Below, in pieces: positions 13,419 to 23,666 of a stretch of 64,000 nt of DNA. A model generated the notes under the pieces. It saw only the letters and a program-made list of their open reading frames with translations. It ran no database searches and was not told the DNA's origin. How positions within the stretch are numbered: position 1 is the first letter of the stretch; every line of letters begins with the position of its first letter. The position numbers and the translations under genes were made by a program. Source of the DNA: an uncultured Alphaproteobacteria bacterium (GTDB taxonomy: Bacteria > Pseudomonadota > Alphaproteobacteria > CAWJRW01). The stretch covers positions 1,544,910-1,608,909 of the forward strand of contig CAWJRW010000006.1 in NCBI GenBank assembly GCA_963845385.1, read 5' to 3'.

Positions 13419-14971
13419 ATGAACGGCGCCGAGAGCCTGATCCGGACCCTCGTCGATTGCGGCGTCGAGGTTTGCTTCAGCCAATCCCGGCACCTCCGAG
13501 ATGCATCTGGTCGCGGCGCTCGACCGCGTTCCGGGCGTGCGCGCGATCTTAGGTCTGCACGAAAACGTCGTCTCGGGCGCCGCCGACGGCTATGGCCGCA
13601 TGCGCGACAAGCCCGCGCTCGCGCTCCTGCATTTGGGCATCGGGCTTGCCAACGGTCTCACCGGCTTGCACGGCGCGCGGCGCGCGATGAGCCCCGTCGT
13701 GACGCTGGTGGGCGAGCATCCGCGCGCGCATCTGCCGTATGACGGGCCGAATGTGATGGATATCGCAGCGCTTGCCCGCACCGTCTCGCGCCACGTCAAG
13801 ATCGCCGAGAGCGCGCGCACGCTGGCGCTCGACGGCGCCAAGACCGTGGCCGAAGCGCTCGCGCCGCCGGGCGGCGTGTCGACGCTGATCTGTCCCTCGG
13901 ACGCCGCATGGGATGAGGGTGCGCTGCCCGTGGCGCCCTTGCGTCTGCCCAAAGTGGAAGCCGTGCCCGAAGCGCGCGTGCAAGAAGCGGCCGAGGCGCT
14001 GAAGGATGCGCGCAAGAGCGTCTTGTTCCTGGACGGGCTTTGCCTTGCGCGGGGCGGCGCTTGAAGCCGCGGGCCGCATCGCCGCCGCGACCGGCGCCGT
14101 GCTCATGTGCCCGATGTTTTACGCGCGCATGCGCCGCGGCGCGGGCGCGGTCGCCGTGCAGCGCCTGCCCTATTTTCCCGAGGAGGCGGCCAAAGCGCTT
14201 AACGGCGTCGATTGCCTCGTGCTCGCGGGCGCAAAGCCGCCCGTCAACTTCTTCGCCTATCCCGGACAGGCGAGCACGCCCGTATCGTCCGCGACGCGCA
14301 TCACGCTTCTCGCAGCGCCCGAGGAAGATGCGACGAGCGCGCTTCTTGCGCTCGCCGAGGCGCTGCGCGCGCCGAGAGAGCCAGGGCTTCGCCAGCCCGC
14401 GGCGCGCACGCCCAGCCCGCGCGGAAAACTCGATCCGTCCACGGTCGGCGCAGGCGTCGCCGCCTATCTGCCGGAAGAGGCGATCATCGTCGACGAAGGC
14501 GTGACCTCGGGCTTCGCGGCCCAGCAACTCACCGCGGGCGCCGCGCCCCACGACAGTTTGCAGGTCACCGGCGGCGCGGTGGGCGCAGGATTATCGCTCG
14601 CCGTAGGCTGCGCGGTTGCCTGTCCGTCGCGCAAAGTCGTGTGCCTGCATGGCGATGGCGGCGCGGTGAGCGCCGTGCAGGCGCTGTGGACCATGGCGCG
14701 CGAGAATCTCGACGTCACCACCGTCATCTTCGCCAACCGCTCCTATCTCATTCTCAATTACGAGTTCATGCGGCTCGGCATGGAGAGCGTGAGCGGCAAG
14801 GCGCCGCAACTCTTCGATCTCGCGCGGCCCGCCCTCGACTGGGTCAAGATCGCGCAAGGCTTGGGCGTCGAAGCCTCGCGCGTCGAGAGCGCGGAAAATT
14901 TTTCGGACCAATTCGGCGCGGCGATGCGCGCGGGCGGGCGCGGCCCGCGCCTCATCGAAGTGCCGCTGTAG
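13419..14971 (+). pseudogene. Thiamine-diphosphate enzyme (acetolactate-synthase-like), two frame breaks near 13478 and 14035
   Basis: MNGAESLIRTLVDCGVEVCFS | NPGTSEMHLVAALD... (extra C at about 13478) | ...ALRGAALEAAGRIAAATGA...HGDGGAVSAVQALWTMARENLDV (ThDP-binding GDG motif). Spans ORFs 13389, 13501 and 14006. Confidence 0.75.
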
Positions 14972-14989
14972 CGCTTTCCGTAAGAGCTC

Positions 14990-15188
14990 GGTTCATCCTC
15001 CAGAGGGGGAGTCTCGGCTGAGGCCACCCTCATCCTTCGAGACGCTCGGAGCTGACGCTCCGAGCCCTCAGGATGAGGGTGGCGGTCGAAGGGCGCTCGC
15101 ACCTCAGGATGAGGTTTCATAGTCTACTTGCCTCATGGTGAGGAGCCACGCGAAGCGCAGCAAGGGTGGCGTCTCGAACCATGAGGCG
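14990..15188. repeat. REP-like nested palindromes (type I CCTCATCCTTCGAGAC...CCTCAGGATGAGG plus type II CCTCATGGTGAGGAGC...CGTCTCGAACCATGAGG)
   Basis: Hairpin units at about 15024-15083 and 15131-15186. Same cores as at 11.1, 24.6, 42.7 and 60.7 kb. Lies between convergent gene ends. Confidence 0.8.
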
Positions 15189-15191
15189 AGG

Positions 15192-15650
15192 TCAGCCCGA
15201 AAGGGGCCCGTGCAGGCGTGCGCTTTTCTCGATGATGCGGCTCGTCTCCGACCACAGCCGGTAGCGCGGCAGGTCGTCGAGCGCGACCCAGCGCAGCTCG
15301 GCTGCGTCGTCGCCCGCCTTCGCCTCGCCCGCGATGGGCCGCGCCGAGAAATCGATGAGCGTGAAGTGATGGCTCATGGCGCCCTTGGGATCGCGGAACA
15401 TGGCGTCCACGACGTCGACCAGGCCGAGCACGGCGATGGTGAGCCCGGTCTCCTCGCGCACCTCGCGCAACAGCGCCTCCATCACCGTCTCGCCCACTTC
15501 CTGCGCGCCGCCGGGCAGGCTCCATTCGCCCTGGCGCGGCTCCTTCTTGCGGCGCACGAGCAAAACCTCGCGCCCGCGCCAGATCACGGCGCCGACGCCG
15601 ACGCGGGGCAAGTGGGACGGCTCGCGCATCGGCGTACTATAGCGCGGCAC
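15192..15650 (-). CDS. NUDIX hydrolase
   Basis: ORF 15192..15650(-). Nudix box GGAQEVGETVMEALLREVREETGL (GX5EX7REUXEEXGU). Confidence 0.85.
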   Translation of the reverse strand: MPRYSTPMREPSHLPRVGVGAVIWRGREVLLVRRKKEPRQGEWSLPGGAQEVGETVMEALLREVREETGLTIAVLGLVDVVDAMFRDPKGAMSHHFTLIDFSARPIAGEAKAGDDAAELRWVALDDLPRYRLWSETSRIIEKSARLHGPLSG

Positions 15651-15821
15651 CGAACCATGCCGTGAGCCCGCGCGCTTGCCGCCGATCGACGCCCGAAGCC
15701 TGCGGGGCGGGTATTTGCTATTCTCGCCACCGCTTCGCTCGCCGCCGCAAAGCCAAAGCTTTGCTTTGGCGAAGCGGGGTCAGGCGCAGGACCTGCGCGG
15801 GAATAATAGGAGGGCATCACC

Positions 15822-16661
15822 GTGAGTGGCATCAGAAACCTCATTGTCGTTGGCATTGTTGGCGTCTTCTTGCTCATGCTTGTTTCCGGAAGTTGGTACA
15901 CGGTCGATGCCGGCGAGAAGGCCGTCGTGCTCACCTTCGGCTCCATCAGCGCCGTCAAGGGCGCCGGCTTGCACTTCAAGGTGCCGCTCGCGCAAACCGT
16001 CCACACGGTGAGCACACGCGTGCAATGGCTGAGCTGGGATGCGAACGAGCCGATGGAGACCTATTCCAAGGATCAGCAGCCGGCGAAGCTGCAAGTCAAC
16101 GTCGCCTATCGCGTGCTGGCCGACGACGCGTCCTTGCGCGCCTTCTACACGACCTATCGCGAAATCGAGAGCCTGACGGCCGCGCTCATCGCGCCGCGCG
16201 CGCTCGAAGCCATCAAAACCACCTTTGGGCGTTTCAATGCGGTGACGGCCATTCAGGATCGCACGAAGCTCAACGCCGAAGTCGAGAACGCGGTGCGCCG
16301 TCTCGTTGTCGGTCCCGTCTATGTCGAGGGCGTTCAGATCAAGGACATCACCTTCTCGGAGGAATACGAAAAGTCGGTCGAGCAGCGCATGCTGGCGCAG
16401 GTCGAAGTCGAGAGGTTCCGCCAGAACAAGGAGCGCGAGCAGCTTCAGGCCGACATCAAGGTGATCCAAGCAACCGCCGAGGCGCAATCGCTGACGCTCA
16501 GGGGCCAGGCCGAGGCTTCCGCCATTCGCGCCCGCGGCGAGGCGCTGCGCGACAACCCGAAGCTCGTCGAGCTCGTGGCCGCCGAGAAATGGAACGGTGT
16601 CCTGCCCACCACCATGCTGCCGGGCTCGGCCGTGCCCTTCATCGAGGTGCCGAACCAGTGA
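15822..16661 (+). CDS. SPFH/prohibitin (band 7) family membrane protein
   Basis: ORF 15822..16661(+). N-terminal TM (LIVVGIVGVFLLMLV), then YTVDAGEKAVVLTFG and a coiled Gln/Ala/Glu-rich C-part typical of prohibitin homologues. Confidence 0.85.
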   Translation: MSGIRNLIVVGIVGVFLLMLVSGSWYTVDAGEKAVVLTFGSISAVKGAGLHFKVPLAQTVHTVSTRVQWLSWDANEPMETYSKDQQPAKLQVNVAYRVLADDASLRAFYTTYREIESLTAALIAPRALEAIKTTFGRFNAVTAIQDRTKLNAEVENAVRRLVVGPVYVEGVQIKDITFSEEYEKSVEQRMLAQVEVERFRQNKEREQLQADIKVIQATAEAQSLTLRGQAEASAIRARGEALRDNPKLVELVAAEKWNGVLPTTMLPGSAVPFIEVPNQ

Positions 16662-16854
16662 GGCAGAGCCCGCCGTCGGGAGCGCACGGGACGGCGGGGC
16701 TCTACCTCTAACCAATTGTATTGAGACGGTTATCTGCGGCTGCCGGGGGTTTCCCGGCAGCCGCCGCCCGTATTTACCAGCCGTCAGGGCTAATCATTTG
16801 TAAACGCGCCGGCTCCACAATCGCAGCGTTAGAGAAACTGCCAATGGCAAATCA

Positions 16855-18218
16855 ATGGTTGCAGACGCCAATTCGCCAACCGATCGCCAACAGCAGACGG
16901 TGCTCGTGCTCGGTCCCGACATACCGCGCGCGCCGTCGTCCGAGGGCGTGGCTTTCTCCACCGATCCGCGGACGGCGTGCGACGCCATCGTCATTTCGGA
17001 GCCGATCGACGAGGCGACCTGGCGCGCGCTCGCCGAAGGCCGGCACGCGCTCGTGCCGATCGTCGACTTCGGCGTCAACAAAGGACTGTCCGCGGATTTC
17101 AGCGCCGAGGCGCTGACACGGGAGAACGTGCAGGCCGCGCTCGGCGAGTGCCAGCGCATCTGGCGCCGCCTCGCGAACTTGCCCCTCGCCGAGCTCAAGA
17201 CGAGCCCCGACACGATCGAGCTTTCGGTGCTCGCGCTCGCCTATTCGCGCGACAAGCCCATCGAGGCCAAGCGCACGAGCGAAGCCCGCGCCACGGTCTA
17301 TTACCCGCTGCTCCTCAAGCGCTTCGGGCTCGGCGCCGCCGATCTGCGCGCCACCCTCGCGTTTCTCGCCAACCTGAACCTCTTGAACCCGAGATTTTTC
17401 GCGCGCGCGCATCTCTGCAAAGCCTGCGGCTCGTCCAGGCTTTGCGCCTTCGAAGCTTGCGTCAAATGCGGCAGCGGCGCGCTCAACCAGGAAGTCCTGA
17501 TCCATCACTATCGCTGCGGCTACCAGACGCGCGAAAGCGAGTTCGTCGTCCAGCGCGATCTCGTCTGCCCGAAATGCCGCCGCGTGCTGAAACATTTCGG
17601 CGTCGATTACGACAAGCCGGGCGTGGCGATTCGCTGCGAGAGCTGCGCCGCAAACATGCACGAGCCCCAAGCCCGTCTTTCAGTGCCTCGATTGCGCGCA
17701 AACGACGAATGCCGACGCCGCGGAGACGATCGACTGGTTCTCCTACGATTTGACCGACCAGGGCAGCGCCGCGGTGCTCGAAGGCCATCTGCCCAATCTC
17801 GATCTCGCGCGCATCATGAAGCGCGAACCGCGCGCCTATGCGGGCACCGACTTTGCGCTGCTCATGGGCGAGCAGCTCCGGGTCGCCAAGCGCTACAAGC
17901 GCCCGATCTCCGTTGCCTTGATCCAAATCTCCAACGAAGACGAAGTGCGAACAGAGCTCGGCGTCGCGGGCGCGAGTGCGGCTTATCGCTTCGTTGCGGA
18001 TCTGATGGCGGAGAACTTGCGCGAGACCGATTTTTTCACCATCACCCAGGGCAAGGCCATTCTCGTGGCCTTTCCGGAGACCGATCCCGAGCGCACCGCG
18101 CTGGCGCTCGCGCGGGTCAAGTCGAAAATCAGCCAATCCATCGCGGCGCCCGTGGAACTCAGCTGCGGACGTGCGCTCCGCCGAGGACGCGGCGCAGCTC
18201 ATCGAGGCGCAGAGGTGA
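16855..18218 (+). pseudogene. Multi-CxxC zinc-ribbon (TackOD1-like) protein with C-terminal degenerate GGDEF domain retaining an RxxD I-site; two frame breaks near 17665 and 18172
   Basis: CKACGS...CVKCGS...HHYRCGY...CPKCRRVLKHFGVDYDKP...CESC...(extra C in gagCCCCaag)...FQCLDC. Then RYKRPISVALIQISNEDEV...NLRETDFFTITQGKAILVAFPETD, which aligns to PleD-type ...RAIDLPCRYGGEEFVVIMPDT. The stop TGA at 18216-18218 overlaps the GTG of the next gene. Confidence 0.65.
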
Positions 18219-19534
18219 CGGGCGCCGACCCGGTCGCCACGGGGCTCGAGGCCGTGGGCCTCTTGAGACAGCTCGATCTCGAAAGTCTCGTGCGCCTCTT
18301 CTGGTACACGTTGCTTTTCGACTTGCCGCGCTATGCGGTGGGAAGCCTGATCATTCTCACCACCCCGCTTGCGCGCCGGCTCCTGCCTGCGGCGCGACGC
18401 GAGCCCCGAACCGATTTCCGGGAAGCCCCTCAGCTTCAGCGTCGTAATCGGCGGGCACAACGAAGCAGAGGCTCTGCGCAGGTGCATCGCCTCCATACGC
18501 GAGCAGACCATCATGGACGCCGCGCGCGGCGAGATCATCGTCATCGACGACGGCTCGAGCGACGAGATGGCGCGCGTCATGGCCGATCTGCGCCGGCGCG
18601 GGGCCATCGACGTCGCGCTGTCCTTGGGGCTCCGCGGCGGCAAGAGCGCCGCCGTCAATCTGGGTCTCAGGCACTGCAAGAACGACATCGTGATCATCGC
18701 CGATGTCGACACGAGCTTCGATCGCGACGCTTTCGAGCGCCTGCTCGAGCCCTTCGAGAATCCGGAGATCGGCGCGGTGTGCGGCAATCTGACGTCTGCG
18801 CAATCCCTTCGTGAGCATGGTGACGCGCTTCCAGGCGATCGAATATCTCATCTCGATTTCCCTTGGCCGGCGCGTGAGCGACGTCTTGGGCGTGCTCTCC
18901 ATCGTCTCGGGCGCGTTCGGCGCCTTCCGGCGCGAGGCTTTGCACGCGGTCGGCGGCTACGACGTCGAGGTGGGCGAGGATGCCGATCTCACCTTGAAGC
19001 TCATTTGGGCGGGATGGCGCATCGCTTTCGCCCATGAGGCGCGCGCGAGCACCGACGCGCCCGAGACCTTCTCGGCCTTGGTGCACCAGCGTCTGCGCTG
19101 GGACCGGGGCGTCATCACGATTTGGGGACGCAAATACCGCCGCGCGCTCGATCCGCACTACGCCAACTTCACGCTCGGGATGACGCTCATCCTGGCGGAC
19201 GTCTTTCTCTTCGAGGCGCTGCTCAGCGTCGCGATGATCGTCTACCTGTTCTGGCTGTTTCTCACCTTCGGCAGCTTCGGCTGGGTGCTTCTCGTCGCCA
19301 CCATGAGCATCTATTTCGGCCTCAGCGCTGCGATGCTCGTCGCGGCCGCAATTCTCGAGCGCGACGCGGACGCGCTCGCGCTTCTTGCCCTATGTGCCCT
19401 TCTATTCGCTCATGAACTTCGCCGTTATGCGCCTGGTTCGCCTCATCGCGTTCGTGGACGAGCTCGTGTTCCGGCGCTCCTACCGCGATCCCTATGTGCC
19501 ACGCCGCGTCATGGATCAGGTTGAGTGGTTCTGA
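18215..19534 (+). pseudogene. Processive family-2 glycosyltransferase (polysaccharide synthase with QxxRW motif); three frame breaks near 18395, 18800 and 19390
   Basis: N-terminal TM LFWYTLLFDLPRYAVGSLIIL. FSVVIGGHNE, IIVIDDGSSD, IIADVDT, VSGAFGAFRREAL, GEDADLT and QRLRWDRG form the D,D,D,Q(R/Q)xRW set of processive GT2 synthases. C-terminal TMs follow. Pieces lie in ORFs 17750, 18369 and 18811 plus a third frame ending ...RVMDQVEWF. Confidence 0.75.
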
Positions 19535-20535
19535 TGAAGAAGCTGCAGTCGCGCGCGCGGCCCGACAGGCTGACGAACGAGCTTCGTCCGCGCCGGACCG
19601 CGCTGTCGCGCTGGCTCTATCTCGGCGTGCTCGGCGTGCTTGCGCTGTGGGTGGGCGATCTTCTGTTCGGCGGCTTTTTCTTCCTGCGCTCCGACGGGAT
19701 CGTGCTCGCGCCCTCCGTGACGGTATCCGCCGAGTTCGTGGGCACGGTGCGAAGCTTGAGCGTGCACGAGGGCGACGCCGTCGAGCAGGGCAAGCTCGTG
19801 GGCACGGTGAGCTCCCACGGCGTGGTCGAAGGCATCGCGCGCAATACCGTCGAGGTGGTCAATCTGCGCTCCAAAATCTTCGACCTCAAAACCCGCGCGG
19901 AGATCATCGATGCCGTTCTCTATCTCGCCACCGAACGCAGCAAGTCCGCATCCGACGCGCAAAAGACGATCAGGTCGCTCGCCGACCAGAAGATCCTTCC
20001 TCTCGATTTCCGGACGGCCGCGGTCGACGCGCAATATCGAAGCCGTTACGACATGGCATCCCTCGAGGTGGAGCGCGACGCGACGGCGGCCGAGCTTTCG
20101 TTTCTCGATCCCGCCGTCAAGCAGGCCGAGGCCGCGGTCGCCGATCTCAGAAGGCTCTACGCCAACGGCAATGTCCTGGCGCCCATCAGCGGCATTGTCG
20201 GCCGTCTTCATGCGGTGCCGGGCTCGGTGTTTCAGCCGGGCCAGCCGCTCATGGAGATCTACAGCGACGCGCGCTATGTGCTCGCCTATCTGCCGAGCGG
20301 GGCGCTCTACCAGGTCGCGGTGGACGATCCGGTGACGATCCGCTGGGGCCTGCGCGCGCTGCGGGGAAAAGTCATCCGCATCGAGCCCATCGCCGCGAGC
20401 CTGCCGTCCGAGTTCCAGCAGGCCTTCAAGCCCGTCGATCGCGCGCAAGTCATCCGCGTCGCTTTCGATGCCGGCGCGAGCCCGCCGCCTTTGTTCACGA
20501 AAGTGAGGCTGCGCGCGGGCATATCTTTCTGGTAG
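19534..20535 (+). CDS. HlyD-family (membrane-fusion-protein-like) protein
   Basis: ORF 19525..20535(+). The ATG at 19534 shares its A with the GT2 stop (tgATGa). One N-terminal TM (WLYLGVLGVLALWVGDLLF). Lipoyl-like hairpins VSAEFVGTVRSLSVHEGDAV and APISGIVGRLHAVPGSVFQPGQPL flank a coiled region. Confidence 0.7.
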   Translation: MKKLQSRARPDRLTNELRPRRTALSRWLYLGVLGVLALWVGDLLFGGFFFLRSDGIVLAPSVTVSAEFVGTVRSLSVHEGDAVEQGKLVGTVSSHGVVEGIARNTVEVVNLRSKIFDLKTRAEIIDAVLYLATERSKSASDAQKTIRSLADQKILPLDFRTAAVDAQYRSRYDMASLEVERDATAAELSFLDPAVKQAEAAVADLRRLYANGNVLAPISGIVGRLHAVPGSVFQPGQPLMEIYSDARYVLAYLPSGALYQVAVDDPVTIRWGLRALRGKVIRIEPIAASLPSEFQQAFKPVDRAQVIRVAFDAGASPPPLFTKVRLRAGISFW

Positions 20536-20540
20536 CCGCC

Positions 20541-22122
20541 TCAGTCGACGACGACTTCGACCAGCGTCGGTCCGGCCGCGCTGAAAGCCGTCTTGAGCGC
20601 GCCGTCGAGCGCTTCGGGCTTATCGACGAAGCTTGCCGACAGCCCTTGTCCGCGCGCGAGCGCGCAGAAATCGATGCCCGAGAGATCGGTTCCCACCGAG
20701 CGCTGCAGCCCGAAGCGGTGGCCGAACTGGACGAGTGCCTCGTAGCGCTTGTTGTTGACGATGATGAAGGTGATGGGAAGCCCGAGCTGGGCCGCGGTCC
20801 AAAGTCCTTGGATCGCATACATGCTCGAGCCGTCGCCGAGCACGGCGATCACTTTTTCCTTCGGACGCGCCAGCGCGACGCCGATCGCCGCGGGCAAGCC
20901 ATGGCCGAGCCCGCCGCTCGCGCAGGTGTAGAAGGTGTCGCGCTTGAGGATCGGCAGATAATCGTGCATCGGCCCGCGGCTGCTCGGCGCTTCCTCGACG
21001 ATGATGCTGTCCTTGGGCCGTAACGCCGCGATCTGCTGCATGAGATAGCCGTCGGTGAACGGCGTTCCGCGAAAGACGGGGCGCGCGGCGGCGTGACGGA
21101 AAGCGTCGCGCGCTTGCGAGGCTGCGGCCCTTCGAGCAGATCCGCGATCCCCGCTTTCAGGCTCGTCACCACGGCGCTGCCGACGGGCGCCCAGGCCGCC
21201 ATCGCCGGATCGTCGATGAGCTGGAAGAGCGTTGCACCTTCGGGAACGAAGGGGCCGAAGCCTTCGACGTGATAGGTGAAGGCGGGCGCGCCGAGCACGA
21301 GGATGAGATCGTGGCCCTTGAGGCTTTCCACGATGGGCTCGCGCGCCGCGACGAGAAAGCCCGCGAACAGGCGATGATCTTCGGGGAAGCTGTTGCGCGC
21401 CGACATCGGGCTCGCCCACACCGGCGCCTCGTGGCGCTCGGCGAGCGCGATCACCTCGTCCCAGGCGTCGTCCCGCGCCAGCGCGGCGCCGACGACGAAC
21501 GCGGGCTTTTCCGCCTTGGCGAGCGCATCGGCGACCGCGGCGAGCATTCCGGCATCGCCGCGCAGCGTGCGGCTCACCTGGCGCGCTTCGACGGGCTCGC
21601 AGGCACGATCCCAATCGTCGATCGGGATCGACACGAAGCAGGGCCCGCGCGGCGGCTGCATCGCCGTGTAATAGGCGCGCGCGATGGCGGCCGGCACATC
21701 TTCGGCGCGGGCGGGCTCGTTGCTCCACTTGACGTAGGGCTTCGGAAACTCGGGCGCGTTCTGGGCGAAGAGAAAGGGCTCGAGCGGCAGGATCGAGCGC
21801 GCTTGCTGGCCCGCGGTGACGACGAGCGGCGTCTGGTTTCTGTAGGCGGTGAAGAGATTGCCCGCGCGCATGGCCGACGCCCACCGCCGAGTGCAGATTG
21901 ACGAAGGCTGCGTTGCGATTGGCCTGCGCGAAGCCGTCGGCCATGCCGAGCACGATCGATTCCTGCAGGCCCAGCACGTAGCGGAAGTCTTGCGGGAAAA
22001 TCGCGGAACATCGGCAACTCGGTCGAGCCGGGATTGCCGAAGATCGTGGTCATGCGGAAGGCGCGGAGCAGATCGAGCACCGCGTCCCGCACCGTCGTCT
22101 GCGCAGCTCTTTTCCCCGTCAT
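20541..22122 (-). pseudogene. Thiamine-diphosphate enzyme, benzoylformate-decarboxylase-like; at least three frame breaks (about 21100, 21870, 21985)
   Basis: MTGKRAAQTTVRDAVLDLLRAFRMTTIFGNPGSTELPMF | LGLQESIVLGMADGFAQA... | GNLFTAYRNQTPLVVTAGQQ... | ...LGDGSSMYAIQGLWTAAQLGLPITFIIVNN. Pieces lie in ORFs 21574, 20541 and 20849. Confidence 0.75.
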
Positions 22123-22223
22123 CGACGCCTCCCTCGCTCTTGTTCGCCGAAGCCCGTCTTCGCGCAGGCGTCGTTCTCTGATTGCGGTAGATCGAGCTTC
22201 AAGTGCAATGCGAATGTGAGTGT

Positions 22224-22299
22224 TGGTAGCGGGAGAGGGATTCGAACCCCCGACCAAAGGATTATGATTCCTCTGCTCTACCGGCTGAGCTATCCCGCC
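22224..22299 (-). tRNA. tRNA with CAT anticodon (tRNA-Met elongator type; Ile-lysidine type not excluded)
   Basis: Minus-strand 76 nt: GGCGGGATAGCTCAGCCGGTAGAGCAGAGGAATCATAATCCTTTGGTCGGGGGTTCGAATCCCTCTCCCGCTACCA. Folds by hand into a cloverleaf: 7-bp acceptor stem, GCTC/GAGC D stem, anticodon loop ATCATAA, TTCGAAT T-loop, encoded CCA. Confidence 0.9.
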
Positions 22300-22375
22300 A
22301 CGCAAGAGATATGAGACCGGAGGCCGGGATTTAGGAGACCCCCTTCCGGCCTGTCAAGGAACGGGGCCCGCTCCC

Positions 22376-23573
22376 TCAGGCGGCGGCGACGGCCTCTGCC
22401 CGCAAGCGCGCGGCGTCGGTCTTGGCGATGAAGCCGCCGCCCAGCACGCGCGTTCCGGCGCGTGCATCATCGAAGCCGCGCGTGCCGGAGCGCTCGTAGA
22501 AGACGCAAGCCTGGCCGGGTGCCACACCCTCCTCGCCGTCGGCGATCTCGACCTGCGCTGTGCCGTCGTCCCGCAAGACAAGATGCGCGGGCTTGGGCGG
22601 GCGCGTGGAGCGCACCTTCACCGCGACCGGAATGCCTTCGGCCTCCGCGCGCGCGCGAAGCGCTGCGTGCCCAAGGAAATTCACCTCGCGCAAGGCGAGC
22701 CCGCGGCAGATGAGCGCCTCGCGCGGGCCGACGATGACGCGCCGCGTCGCGGCGTCGAGCGCGACGACGAAGAGCGGCGCGCCGCCCGAGAGCCCGAGCC
22801 CGCGCCGCTGGCCTACCGTGAAGTGAATAACGCCGGGATGCGTTCCCAGCACGCGGCCTTCGAGATCGACGATCGCGCCGGGCTCGGCGGCGCCGGGCTT
22901 CAGGCGCTCGACCACCGCCGCATAGCGTCCTTCCGGCACGAAGCAGATGTCCTGGCTGTCGGGCTTCTGCGCCACCGGCAATGCGCGCGCCTCGGCGGCC
23001 GCGCGCACGGCGCGCTTCGTCATGTCGCCCAGGGGAAAGCGCAAAGTGGAAAGCTGCGCCGGCGTCGTGGCGAAGAGGAAATAGCTCTGGTCGCGCGTCG
23101 CGTCGCGCGCCGCGTGGAGCTCCGGCCCCTCCGCGCCCGCGATGCTGCGCGCATAATGGCCGGTGACGAGCGCCTCGGCGCCGAGCTCGCGCGCAACTCC
23201 AACGAGATCGCGGAACTTCACGCGCTCGTTGCAGCGCACGCAGGGCACGGGCGTCTCGCCCTTGGCATAAGTCTCGGCGAAATCCGCCATCACGCTTTCG
23301 CGAAAACGCGCCTCGAAATCGAGCACGTAATGGGGGATGCCGAGCCGCTCGGCGACGCGCCGCGCATCGTGAATGTCCTCGCCCGCGCAGCAGGCGCCCT
23401 TGCGCCCGCGCGCCAAGCCATGGTCGTAGAGCTGGAGCGTGACGTCCCACGACGTCGAAGCCCTGCTCCTTGGCGAGCGCAGCCGCAAGCGCGGAATCGA
23501 CGCCGCCCGACATGGCGGCGACGACGCGCGCGCCGGCGGAAAGTCCCTCGATCTTGGGCAATGGCTCGTTCAT
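22376..23573 (-). pseudogene. mnmA: tRNA 2-thiouridine(34) synthase MnmA; one frame break near 23450
   Basis: N-part [31 protein letters not shown] (PP-loop SGGVDS) in ORF 22467..23609. The rest (VTLQLYDHG...[24 protein letters not shown]...[10 protein letters not shown]...GHYAR) lies in ORF 22376..23488. Confidence 0.9.
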
Positions 23574-23666
23574 GGCGGGGACTATAAGGCCGGCCGACCG
23601 CGCGTTCAAGGCGTGAGAAGTCTGATATCATCCGAAGAAACTAGCAAATTCGCGGGGGAAACGGTC

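Noticed and set aside
22224-22299. tRNA-CAT as an initiator tRNA or as an island integration site
   Set aside because: It lacks the initiator hallmarks: position 1-72 is paired (G-U) and there are no three consecutive G-C pairs closing the anticodon stem. No integrase, direct repeat of the tRNA 3' end or compositional shift flanks it.
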